DNA from: Candidatus Omnitrophota bacterium
GTDB taxonomy: Bacteria > Omnitrophota > Gorgyraeia > JABMRN01 > RBG-13-46-9
DNA length: 61,374 nt
Direction: 5' to 3'
NCBI GenBank assembly: GCA_013203315.1
Contig: JABMQJ010000015.1
Location: 1 to 61,374 of the forward strand
Notes under the pieces: generated by a model
What the model was told of the DNA's origin: nothing
Seen by the model: the letters and a program-made list of their open reading frames with translations, nothing else
Databases searched by the model: none
Position numbers and translations under genes: made by a program
Part shown: positions 38,513-47,198 of the stretch, one piece after another
How the letters are laid out: each line of letters opens with the position of its first letter
How positions within the stretch are numbered: the stretch's first letter is position 1

Positions 38513-39585
38513 CTTTCGTGTTAATTCTTTATAGCGCTACTCTTAGCTTTATTATTTCCTATATGGTGTCCCGCTATCTCCTGGGCAATGCCAATAAACT
38601 CCGTATGGGTAAAAGAGTGTATGCGGAGAGGATAAGGCTTCACGAGAAAGGCGTGCCAAGACTGGGCGGCTTGGCGTTGTATTTGGCGTTCTATGCGGTG
38701 CTTTTATCTTTTTACATTTTCAAAAGAGATATTTTACAGGAATACGATACTAAGCTTCTCGGTATTTTTTTAGCTTCAACTATACTGATAATCTGCGGGC
38801 TTTACGATGATTTAGTAAAACGTCTAAGTTACAAAATAAAATTTGCTTTACAATTTCTTGCCGCTATCATTGTCATCGTTTTTGGATATAACATAAACAT
38901 TTTAACCAATCCCTTCAATGGGGAAATCTATATTGGCATTCTGGGCATACCCCTTCTCATCCTGTGGATGGTTATGATTATGAACGCGATTAACTTAATG
39001 GATGGGCTTGACGGATTGGCCGGCGGGATATCAATAATTGTATTTTTTAGTTTTTTTGTGATAGGGTTTTATCGTGGCAACGTTTTTTCCATGATAATTA
39101 TAGCGTCTCTTATTGGCGCGGGTATTGGATTCTTAAGATATAATTTTTATCCGGCAAAACTTTTTTTAGGGGATTCCGGGAGCTTCTTTTTAGGATTTAT
39201 GATAGGTATCTTGGCTCTAGAAAACTCAACAAAACGAGCCACTGTTATTTCACTGATCGTACCTTTTCTGACAGTCTTTATACCCCTGGCGAGCGTTACC
39301 TTTACGTTTTCAAGGAGGATAGCCTATGCAAAGAACCCTTTTAGACCCGATAGGAAACACATGCATTACCGCCTGCTGCGCGCCGGAATTTCCCACCGGG
39401 ACACGGTTTTATTATATTATACCGTAACCTTTCTCTACGCGGCACTGGGCGTACTATGCTTTTTCATGCCGAAAAAATTTGAATTCTCAATTATCGCTTT
39501 TGCAGTAATAGCTATCTGGGGGCTGTATATGTGGGCACTCCATTTCGTAAGCTTAAAAGAGAGATTGCAGAGGAAGCGACATTAA
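38509..39585 (+). CDS. WecA/TagO-like undecaprenyl-phosphate GlcNAc-1-phosphate transferase (MraY family)
   Basis: PRLGG, GLYDD, NAINLMDGLDGLAG, NFYPAKLFLGDSG, PDRKHMHYRL. Confidence 0.92.
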   Translation: MTFVLILYSATLSFIISYMVSRYLLGNANKLRMGKRVYAERIRLHEKGVPRLGGLALYLAFYAVLLSFYIFKRDILQEYDTKLLGIFLASTILIICGLYDDLVKRLSYKIKFALQFLAAIIVIVFGYNINILTNPFNGEIYIGILGIPLLILWMVMIMNAINLMDGLDGLAGGISIIVFFSFFVIGFYRGNVFSMIIIASLIGAGIGFLRYNFYPAKLFLGDSGSFFLGFMIGILALENSTKRATVISLIVPFLTVFIPLASVTFTFSRRIAYAKNPFRPDRKHMHYRLLRAGISHRDTVLLYYTVTFLYAALGVLCFFMPKKFEFSIIAFAVIAIWGLYMWALHFVSLKERLQRKRH

Positions 39586-40271
39586 ATTCCTTTAGCCTCC
39601 AAAACGACGCGGAGGCACTGAAACATAATTCCTATATCATAAAATAACATTTCTATCGCAGAAGCCTTGAGATACTTCTGGAAATACAATCTATCTATAA
39701 AGACTATCGTCTTATTTTTTATCGCGTGTTTTGTAGCCATTCGGGCAAGCGCGTTTCGCATTTTCGAATTTCCTTTCGACCCCTGCACAAGGCCCATTAC
39801 CCCGGCTTTTATGTATTTTGCCGCAACAATGCCCTCTCTTAAATCGCTAGCGTAGTGTTCGGGGACATGAGGCCTGGGCCCTACCAGACTCATATCGCCT
39901 TTTAGTACATTAAAAAATTGCGGAAGTTCATCAAAATATATCTGCGCCAGGAAAACACCGACAGGTGTTAGGTATTTGGACTTATTGCGTTTAGCAGTAA
40001 ACTCCGTAATGCTAACCTTTTCTTTTTTAACCAACTCTAAGATGTTATACCTAACCGCCCTGAACTTATATATATTGAAAGGCTTCCCCTTCGATATTCG
40101 GATCTCTTTATAAAAAACAGGACCCCTTAAGGAAGGATTCATGAGCCCTTCCAATTTCAAAAGTAGCGCAATAAGAATAAAAAAAGGCGCAAGAATGATC
40201 AAAAAAAACCCTGACACTACAACATCAAAAATGCGTTTCACTATACGTTCGTTTATTGCCTTTTTTTTCAT
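39582..40271 (-). CDS. PglC-like bacterial sugar transferase (phosphoglycosyl transferase)
   Basis: KRIFD, single TM, GPVF…R…GKPF.IYKFR, DELPQ, GDMSLVGPRP. Confidence 0.88.
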   Translation of the reverse strand: MKKKAINERIVKRIFDVVVSGFFLIILAPFFILIALLLKLEGLMNPSLRGPVFYKEIRISKGKPFNIYKFRAVRYNILELVKKEKVSITEFTAKRNKSKYLTPVGVFLAQIYFDELPQFFNVLKGDMSLVGPRPHVPEHYASDLREGIVAAKYIKAGVMGLVQGSKGNSKMRNALARMATKHAIKNKTIVFIDRLYFQKYLKASAIEMLFYDIGIMFQCLRVVLEAKGI

Positions 40272-40357
40272 AACCTAAACCATTGATTGAGTTACGAGTT
40301 AAACTTATATAATACATTGTAATGTTTCTATTATGTATTTTCAAGCACAATATTAGA

Positions 40358-40386
40358 TTGACATCGCCATATATTTATGATAAGTT
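40358..40386 (+). promoter_or_regulatory. promoter of the tRNA genes
   Basis: TTGACA-17 bp-TAAGTT, 10 bp before tRNA-Phe. Confidence 0.55.
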
Positions 40387-40396
40387 ACCGCAAAAA

Positions 40397-40472
40397 GCCG
40401 GGATAGCTCAGCTAGTAGAGCGCGGGCCTGAAAAGCCCGGCGTCCCCAGTGCAACTCTGGGTCCCGGCACCA
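40397..40472 (+). tRNA. tRNA-Phe(GAA)
   Basis: Cloverleaf GCCGGGA…CGGGC-CTGAAAA-GCCCG…TCCCGGC-A-CCA; 76 nt. Confidence 0.95.
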
Positions 40473-40529
40473 TATTATACTCTATATACTGATTTGGTTT
40501 CGGCGGAAAAAGTGATGTATGTGCTTTTT

Positions 40530-40582
40530 CTGCCTGGCCCTTGCCTTCAGGGGGTTGTTTGAGGCCTGGAGGCAGTTTTTTT
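40530..40582 (+). terminator. possible intrinsic terminator between the tRNA genes
   Basis: CTGCCT(40530)…AGGCAG(40575) stem followed by T7. Confidence 0.45.
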
Positions 40583-40595
40583 ATTTACGACATAT

Positions 40596-40668
40596 GCCCG
40601 CGTAGCTCAGTTGGTAGAGCAAGCGCTTCGTAAGCGCTAGGTCGGTGGTTCGACCCCACTCGCGGGCT
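40596..40668 (+). tRNA. tRNA-Thr(CGT)
   Basis: GCCCGCG…AGCGC-TTCGTAA-GCGCT…GGTTCGA…CGCGGGC-T; CCA not encoded. Confidence 0.95.
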
Positions 40669-40669
40669 C

Positions 40670-40781
40670 TTCTACTTCGCCGAATATTTATATATTCGGC
40701 TTCGTAGGAATGACAAAATTCATTCGCGAAGTAGAAAAATTCCTACGAAGCTGAACGCGAAAGCAATTCAGCGAAGTAGAA
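40670..40781. repeat. REP/REPIN-like nested palindrome
   Basis: TTCTACTTCGC…GCTTCGTAGGAAT is mirrored by ATTCCTACGAAGC…GCGAAGTAGAA, with a third GCGAAGTAGAA in between. Confidence 0.8.
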
Positions 40782-42052
40782 TGGCAAAATTTAGGTCGCT
40801 TCTAAAAAATAAGAACTTCGTTCTTTATTCTATCGGGCAGGCCTTTTCGCAGTTCGGCGACAGGCTTGTTCAGATAGTGTTAATCGGGCTTGTATACAAA
40901 AGATGGCCCGGCTCCACGGTTCAGCTCGCCAAGCTATTTTTCTTTACTGTCATACCGTCTTTTTTTATAAGCCCCATAGCAGGCGTTTATATTGACAGGT
41001 GGAACAAGAAGCACGTTATGATCGCAAGCGATGTGCTTCGCGCGGTAGCAATATTGCTTATCCCTGTTTTTTTCCTTTACAGGGAAAGCATTATCCCGAT
41101 CTATGCTATTATATTTTTTATATTTGCATCCGCATGCTTTTTTCTACCGGCAAGATTATCTATCCTTCCAACGCTGGTTTCCAAAGAGGACCTGTTGATC
41201 GCAAATTCAGCAAGCTCTATTACGTGGGTCGGTGCGGGGATTGCTGGGTTTAGTTTGGGAGGCGTTTTAGCCGAATGGATCGGCATAAAAAATAGCTTAT
41301 TAATAAACTCGTTTGTTTATTTACTTTCCGCAGGCAGTTTTACGCTTCTCCTTTTTCGCATGAGAAACGGAAAGAAATTTTCAAAACCTGTATTTAATCC
41401 GCATGAAATAAAAGAAGTTATCAGAAAATCATTCCGTCACGACCTCGTAGAAGGTGTGAAGGCAATCTTTTTTGAGAAAAAAATAAGATTTGTCGTATAT
41501 ATCTTTTTTGTTTTTTCTTCGATGATCGGAGCCATATACGTAGTAAGCGTCGTATTTATCCAGGAAACCTTAAAGTCGATGACAAAATATGTGGGCATAT
41601 TCAGCATGTGTCTATTTGTCGGGCTTCTTGTAGGCTCGTACATATACGGGAAAATAGGCCAGAGGCTTTCACGCGCAAAAACGATTTTTTTCTCACTCAT
41701 GCTGGCAGGTGCGTCAATAAACGCTTTTGTCGTGGGACTTAAAATAATGCAGTCACTTTGGGCCGGATGCGCGTCCGCCGCCCTTTTAGGGCTTTTTATA
41801 TCGCCTATATTCGTGACCTCGAACGTAATTATTCACGAGTGCACAGAGAGCAATCTTCGGGGCCGCATATTCAGCTCCATAGGCATCGTGATGAATCTCG
41901 GATTTCTCTTGTTTATGTTTTTGTCTTCAGTATTAGCCGAGCACATAGACAGGTTCTGGATACTTATCGCGTGCGGATCTGGATTTGCTATTTTTGGATT
42001 AGTAAATTTTTTGGCAGGTACTTTAAAAAAGGCTACTTTTTCTTCTTCTTAG
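40781..42052 (+). CDS. MFS transporter (DHA3/MFS_3-like)
   Basis: GQAFSQFGD, AGVYIDRWNKKHVMIASD motif A, about 12 TM helices, LRGRIFS. Confidence 0.9.
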   Translation: MAKFRSLLKNKNFVLYSIGQAFSQFGDRLVQIVLIGLVYKRWPGSTVQLAKLFFFTVIPSFFISPIAGVYIDRWNKKHVMIASDVLRAVAILLIPVFFLYRESIIPIYAIIFFIFASACFFLPARLSILPTLVSKEDLLIANSASSITWVGAGIAGFSLGGVLAEWIGIKNSLLINSFVYLLSAGSFTLLLFRMRNGKKFSKPVFNPHEIKEVIRKSFRHDLVEGVKAIFFEKKIRFVVYIFFVFSSMIGAIYVVSVVFIQETLKSMTKYVGIFSMCLFVGLLVGSYIYGKIGQRLSRAKTIFFSLMLAGASINAFVVGLKIMQSLWAGCASAALLGLFISPIFVTSNVIIHECTESNLRGRIFSSIGIVMNLGFLLFMFLSSVLAEHIDRFWILIACGSGFAIFGLVNFLAGTLKKATFSSS

Positions 42053-42209
42053 ACCTTTTGAGGGCGGGTTCTAACTCATTGATACAGACCCTGTAAAAAT
42101 TGCACAAGGGACAGCAGATATTCTCTTCGCCCCGCTCACCCCTATACCACTTAGTCTCGCAGGTCCAATAAAGTTGACACTTTTCGCAGCAATGCAATTT
42201 TTTTCCCAT
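42033..42209 (-). CDS. small Cys-rich protein (58 aa, two CCxxCxxYxxC repeats)
   Basis: MGKKLHCCEKCQLYWTC…ICCPLCNFYRVC…; AGAGGA RBS 7 nt upstream and its own promoter. Confidence 0.75.
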   Translation of the reverse strand: MGKKLHCCEKCQLYWTCETKWYRGERGEENICCPLCNFYRVCINELEPALKRSKKKKK

Positions 42210-42240
42210 ACAAGAATCCTCTTTAGTCTCGATCGAATTC

Positions 42241-42268
42241 ATTTTACACCATTTTTAAAATGTGTCAA
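42241..42268 (-). promoter_or_regulatory. sigma70 promoter of the Cys-rich gene
   Basis: Minus strand TTGACA-16 bp-TAAAAT. Confidence 0.65.
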
Positions 42269-42305
42269 GCGTTTTGTATAACCGAAATCTACCCGGTGAA
42301 AGATT

Positions 42306-42333
42306 TTGACAAATACAGCGCATAGGGTATAAT
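42306..42333 (+). promoter_or_regulatory. consensus sigma70 promoter of the rnf operon
   Basis: TTGACA-16 bp-TATAAT, 8 bp before ATG 42342. Confidence 0.75.
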
Positions 42334-42341
42334 ATTATACT

Positions 42342-43670
42342 ATGTTTACAAAGACATTTCGCGGAGGAACGCACCTTTCTGAGCACAAGGAATTAACCGT
42401 TGACAAAAAAATAAAGGCGTTAAATGCGCCGGCTGAAATTATTTTACCACTAAGCCAGCACATCGGCGCGCCGAACAGGCCCATTGTCAACATAGGGGAT
42501 AGTCTAAAAGTGGGCCAGCGCATCGGAGAGGCTGATGCGTTTGTTTCAGCACCGGTGCATTCGCCTGTATCGGGTAAGGTAAAAGCCATTTCTACATTTT
42601 TTAATGCTGTCTCCGGAAAAAGCCCCGCTGTAACAATAGAAAATGACGGAAAAAACGAAACCATTGCCTTTGCAAAACGAGAAGAACCCGAAACGCTGCC
42701 CAAAGATGAGTTAATAAAAATCATAAAAGACGCCGGGATCGTGGGGATGGGCGGAGCAACTTTTCCTACACACGTAAAATTAAATATCCCGAAAGAAAAA
42801 TCAATAGACACACTGATCGTTAACGGCGCAGAATGCGAACCGTATCTTACCTGCGATCACAGATTAATGCTCGAGAAAACGAGTGAAATTTTAAAAGGAA
42901 TTAAACTTGTCGCCAAAATCCTGGGTGTAAAAAATATTATTTTAGGAATAGAAGAAAATAAATTAAGCGCCATCTTCGCGTTAGAGAAACAAGCCCGCCA
43001 AATAAATAAAAATTCAACGCAGATACCGATACAAATTATCATGCTTAAAACAAAATATCCGCAAGGGGGAGAGAAACAACTCCTCGGTGCTATCCTGAAG
43101 CGCGAAGTTCCGCCCGGCAAGCTTCCTTTGGACGTGGGCGTAGTAGTGCAGAACGTGGGGACGTGTTTTGCGATTTACGAAGCCGCATATCACGGAAAAC
43201 CACTTACAGAAAGATGTGTTACCTTTACGGGAAATCCTTTAAGAGAACCCGGAAATTTTGTAATAAAACTTGGCATGCGCTTAAGAGATGCCATAGAATC
43301 TTCGGGAGGGTTCAAAGAGGATCCTGCAAAAATAATAGTAGGCGGACCAATGATGGGCGTTACCCAATATAGCCTGGACATACCTATTATAAAGGGCGTA
43401 ACCGGTGTAATATTTCTTTCAAAAAGGGAATTAGAAGTTTTTGAGGAAACCCCTTGTATCCGCTGCGCCAAATGCGTAGATATTTGTCCGGTCAACTTGA
43501 TGCCTACTGAGATTATGCGCATGGTAAAATATTCGAAATGGTATAACATGCCAAAGCTTCATGCCACAGACTGCATGGAGTGCGGGGCATGTGCTTATAC
43601 CTGCCCGAGCTCTATACCCCTGGTACAATATATAAAACTTGCTAAATTAGAGGAGTTAAAGAAAAAGTAA
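42342..43670 (+). CDS. rnfC: Rnf complex subunit C
   Basis: QHIGAP, AGIVGMGGATFPTHVK, NGAECEPYLT.D, YPQGGEKQL, two CxxCxxCxxxCP clusters. Confidence 0.96.
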   Translation: MFTKTFRGGTHLSEHKELTVDKKIKALNAPAEIILPLSQHIGAPNRPIVNIGDSLKVGQRIGEADAFVSAPVHSPVSGKVKAISTFFNAVSGKSPAVTIENDGKNETIAFAKREEPETLPKDELIKIIKDAGIVGMGGATFPTHVKLNIPKEKSIDTLIVNGAECEPYLTCDHRLMLEKTSEILKGIKLVAKILGVKNIILGIEENKLSAIFALEKQARQINKNSTQIPIQIIMLKTKYPQGGEKQLLGAILKREVPPGKLPLDVGVVVQNVGTCFAIYEAAYHGKPLTERCVTFTGNPLREPGNFVIKLGMRLRDAIESSGGFKEDPAKIIVGGPMMGVTQYSLDIPIIKGVTGVIFLSKRELEVFEETPCIRCAKCVDICPVNLMPTEIMRMVKYSKWYNMPKLHATDCMECGACAYTCPSSIPLVQYIKLAKLEELKKK

Positions 43671-44608
43671 TGGAAGAAAACTTTTATATTTCACCGGGCC
43701 CTCATATTTTTACGAAATCCAAAACACCAAAAATGATGAAAGATGTAATTATCGCGTTAATTCCCGCAATCTTCGCAGCTGCCTACTTTTTTAAATTAAA
43801 AGCCATTATTTTAATTCTTGTTTGCACGGTATCCTGCGTTGTTTTCGAGGCGCTTATCCAAGCTTTGCTGAAAAGAAAAGTAACCATTTTAGATCTTAGC
43901 GCTGTAGTTACGGGTATCTTGCTTGCTATGATTATGCCTCCGTCTTTGCCGATCTGGACAACCGTGCTCGGATCTTTAATCGCTATAGGTTTGACCAAGC
44001 AACTTTTCGGCGGCCTTGGATCGAATATATTTAACCCGGCCCTATTGGGCAGGGCCTTCCTTATGGCGGCATTTCCCACGTATCTCACGCGCTGGAACGC
44101 GCCTTTTACGCTTGAAGCCGTAACAGGGGCTACACCCCTCGGCATGGTTAAATTCGGGCACAATATGAACATAAACTTCGGGGGCCTTTTTACCGGTAAT
44201 GTTTCCGGTTCCCTGGGAGAAACTTCGGCCCTGGCGCTTCTAATAGGTGGCGCATACCTTCTGATCAAAAAAACGATCGACTGGCGCGTCCCGCTGGCAT
44301 ATATAGGTACGGTCATGGTTATAAGCTTTGTTACTAACTTAGTTGCGCCGGGTACGTATGCGGGCGCATTGTTTCACGTTTTAGCCGGTGGACTCCTAAT
44401 AGGCGCTATATTTATGGCTACTGACCCGGTCACAAGTCCTGTTACTAAGGCAGGGCGTTGGGTTTTTGGAATAGGTTGCGGTTTAATCACGATGGTAATA
44501 AGATTATGGGGCGGCCTTCCGGAGGGCGTTATGTATTCGATTCTTTTAATGAACGCGATAACACCTCTTTTAAACAGATTAACGCGTCCAAGAAGATACG
44601 GAACATAA
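43670..44608 (+). CDS. rnfD: Rnf complex subunit D
   Basis: FGGLGSNIFNPA, FMN site AVTGATPL, MATDPVTSP, PEGVMYSILLMN. Confidence 0.96.
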   Translation: MEENFYISPGPHIFTKSKTPKMMKDVIIALIPAIFAAAYFFKLKAIILILVCTVSCVVFEALIQALLKRKVTILDLSAVVTGILLAMIMPPSLPIWTTVLGSLIAIGLTKQLFGGLGSNIFNPALLGRAFLMAAFPTYLTRWNAPFTLEAVTGATPLGMVKFGHNMNINFGGLFTGNVSGSLGETSALALLIGGAYLLIKKTIDWRVPLAYIGTVMVISFVTNLVAPGTYAGALFHVLAGGLLIGAIFMATDPVTSPVTKAGRWVFGIGCGLITMVIRLWGGLPEGVMYSILLMNAITPLLNRLTRPRRYGT

Positions 44609-44610
44609 AA

Positions 44611-45165
44611 ATGCGTAACACGGTAAGAATAATAAGCGTTTTGACGGTTGTTGGACTGATTTCAGGTACGGCGCTTGTGCTTATGTACAATTACGCGAAT
44701 CCGCGTATAATAAAAAATCAGAAAAACGAAATGGAAAAAGCTGTATATAAACTTTTCCCTAACGCAAAGAAATACGATAAGGTAGCTATGGGCGATGATG
44801 TTGTTTTTAAAGTAACGGATAAAAGCGGTAAATCTTTAGGTTATGCTTTTATAGCCGAAGGAAACGGATACCAGGGACCGATAAAGATGATGGCTGGGAT
44901 AAAACCGGACCTGGCTACGCTGGAAGGCATAGAAATTTTAGAATCGCAGGAAACGCCGGGCCTCGGACAGGAAATAGCAAGCGACAATTTTAGGGCGCAA
45001 TTTGACGGCCTTAAAACATCACCGGAAATCACCTACGTGAAAAACGCAAAACCCGGAAGCCCCAATGAGATCCAGGCCATAACGGGCGCTACAATATCTT
45101 CAAAAGCCGTTTGTACGATATTAAATGAGCAAATTAAAACAATAAAACAAAAGCTTTCGAAATGA
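44611..45165 (+). CDS. rnfG: Rnf complex subunit G
   Basis: N-terminal TM, GYQG.I, ETPGLG, FMN site ITGATISS. Start ATG 44611. Confidence 0.94.
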   Translation: MRNTVRIISVLTVVGLISGTALVLMYNYANPRIIKNQKNEMEKAVYKLFPNAKKYDKVAMGDDVVFKVTDKSGKSLGYAFIAEGNGYQGPIKMMAGIKPDLATLEGIEILESQETPGLGQEIASDNFRAQFDGLKTSPEITYVKNAKPGSPNEIQAITGATISSKAVCTILNEQIKTIKQKLSK

Positions 45166-45788
45166 ACAACGTTTGCAATCAAACATGCACCGGTTGCGGT
45201 AAAGAGTTCTCTAAAGGGCTCTGGCGCCAAAACCCCATTTTTGTCCAGGTCCTGGGCATGTGCCCGACCCTGGCCGTTACAACGAAGGCGCTTTTCGGGT
45301 TTTCCATGGGAATGGCTACGGCGTTTGTTCTTATTTGCTCAAGCCTTGCGGTCTCAGTTATCAGGAAACTTGTCCCGCAGCAGGTAAGGATTGCTACGTT
45401 TACCGTAATCATCGCGACCTTTGTTACCTGCGCCGATTATTTTCTTCAGGCAAATTTTTACACTATCAGTAAAGAGCTCGGCCCGTACGTTCCTTTGATT
45501 GTTGTAAACTGCATTATCCTCGGTCGCCAGGAGGCCTTTGCCTCAAAGAACGGCGTCTTTAGAAGCTTGTTAGACGCTATCGGCATGAGCGTTGGTTTTA
45601 CCGCCGTACTTATATTGCTTGGTTCGATCAGGGAACTTCTTGGATTTGGAACAATTTTTAATTTTAAAATTCTAGGCGCGGGTTTTGAACACTGGGTAAT
45701 CATGGCGCTTCCCGCAGGCGCTTTTATTACACTAGGCTTTCTTATAGGGTTATTTAATTGGATGAACAAAAAATCGAAAAGTAACTAA
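45162..45788 (+). CDS. rnfE: Rnf complex subunit E
   Basis: LGMCPTLAVT, VPLIVVNCIILGR, PAGAF. Confidence 0.95.
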   Translation: MNNVCNQTCTGCGKEFSKGLWRQNPIFVQVLGMCPTLAVTTKALFGFSMGMATAFVLICSSLAVSVIRKLVPQQVRIATFTVIIATFVTCADYFLQANFYTISKELGPYVPLIVVNCIILGRQEAFASKNGVFRSLLDAIGMSVGFTAVLILLGSIRELLGFGTIFNFKILGAGFEHWVIMALPAGAFITLGFLIGLFNWMNKKSKSN

Positions 45789-46372
45789 TGATAATAAATC
45801 TAGTATTAATATTTATAGCCGCGGCAATTACGCAAAACTTTGTTCTTACCTACTTTTTGGGAATCTGCCCGTTTATAGGCGTTTCTAGAAAGCTGGACCA
45901 GGCCATAGGCATGGGTGTTGCCACGACATTTGTCATGACGCTTGCTGCTTGCGTCACGTGGCTTATTTATCACTTTATACTTGTACGGTTCGGGCTACCA
46001 TTTTTACAATACGCATCTTTCATAATTGTTATCGCGAGCCTGGTACAGGTGGTAGAGATGTTTATCAGGAAGACCTCACCGGCTCTATACAGGGCATTAG
46101 GGATATACCTTCCTCTTATTACAACAAACTGCGCCATTCTTGGATTAACGCTTTTTATGGTGCTGAAAGAATACACGTTTTTAGAAGGCATTATCTTTGG
46201 CCTTGGCGCCGGTTGCGGATTTACGTTGGCGCTTCTTATTATGGCCGGTATAAGAGAAGAACTTGAGTGCTGCGATATTCCAAAACCATTACAGGGCGCC
46301 GGTATTACGCTTATTATTGCCGGTCTACTTGCGCTTTCGTTTATGGGATTTGGTGGACTGATCGGAAAATAA
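45788..46372 (+). CDS. rnfA: Rnf complex subunit A
   Basis: FLGICPFIGVS, LGIYLPLITTNCAILG, AGIRE. Confidence 0.96.
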   Translation: MIINLVLIFIAAAITQNFVLTYFLGICPFIGVSRKLDQAIGMGVATTFVMTLAACVTWLIYHFILVRFGLPFLQYASFIIVIASLVQVVEMFIRKTSPALYRALGIYLPLITTNCAILGLTLFMVLKEYTFLEGIIFGLGAGCGFTLALLIMAGIREELECCDIPKPLQGAGITLIIAGLLALSFMGFGGLIGK

Positions 46373-46375
46373 AAG

Positions 46376-47179
46376 ATGGCAAACACAGTCATAACCTCAA
46401 TACTAAGCATGGCGGGACTTGGATTATTTTTTGCTTCAGTTCTTGCGTTTATGAATCAGAAATTGAAGGTAGAAGAAGACCCCAGAGTAGAGAAAATTGC
46501 AGGAGTCCTTCCCGGCGTAAATTGCGGCGCCTGCGCATTTACAAACTGCCACTTGTACGCGGAAGCGCTCATAAAAGGCAAGGCCCAACCCGATCAATGT
46601 AGGGCGGGGGGCGAGCAGGTTGCCAGCGCTATTTCCGAAATTCTTGGTGTAAAGGTTAAAAAAAGGATCAAAGAAATCGCTACCGTTCATTGCGGAGCGG
46701 ATGCGTCAAAAAGAAAAAAGAAAGCTACGTACCTTGGTATAAAAACATGCGTTGCAGCGCACAATATATTCGGAGGGGAAATTCTTTGCGAATATGGTTG
46801 CCTGGGTTACGGCGATTGCAGAGAGGCGTGTCCTTTCGGGGCAGTTAAGCTGGTAGACGGTCTTCCTGAAATAGATAAAGATAAATGTACCGCTTGCGCC
46901 AAGTGTGTAGTAGTATGTCCACGCAATATCATAAGCTTGCAAAAAATGGAATCAAAAGATTTTTTATACATAACCTGCAATAATCCATCTAAGGGCGCAG
47001 AAACCAGAAAGGTATGCCCGGTAGGCTGTATCGCATGCGGCATTTGTCAAAAAGTAACAGACGGCATATTCTACGTCGAAAACAATCTTGCCCATGTGCG
47101 ATCCGAAAGAATAAAAGAAATAGTTAACCCGCAGGAAGTTGTTGGTAAGTGTCCGACAAAGTGTATTGCTAAACTTTAA
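46376..47179 (+). CDS. rnfB: Rnf complex subunit B
   Basis: LPGVNCGAC, CEYGCLGYGDC..ACP, CTACAKCVVVCP, CPVGCIACGIC. Confidence 0.94.
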   Translation: MANTVITSILSMAGLGLFFASVLAFMNQKLKVEEDPRVEKIAGVLPGVNCGACAFTNCHLYAEALIKGKAQPDQCRAGGEQVASAISEILGVKVKKRIKEIATVHCGADASKRKKKATYLGIKTCVAAHNIFGGEILCEYGCLGYGDCREACPFGAVKLVDGLPEIDKDKCTACAKCVVVCPRNIISLQKMESKDFLYITCNNPSKGAETRKVCPVGCIACGICQKVTDGIFYVENNLAHVRSERIKEIVNPQEVVGKCPTKCIAKL

Positions 47180-47198
47180 AATGAACAAGGAGGAAAAA

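Noticed and set aside
44458-44610. N-terminal extensions given by the ORF track (also 4130, 6058, 23185, 47139, 49305, 59035)
   Set aside because: Most overlap upstream genes or a promoter; downstream starts match family N-termini, several with a clear RBS.
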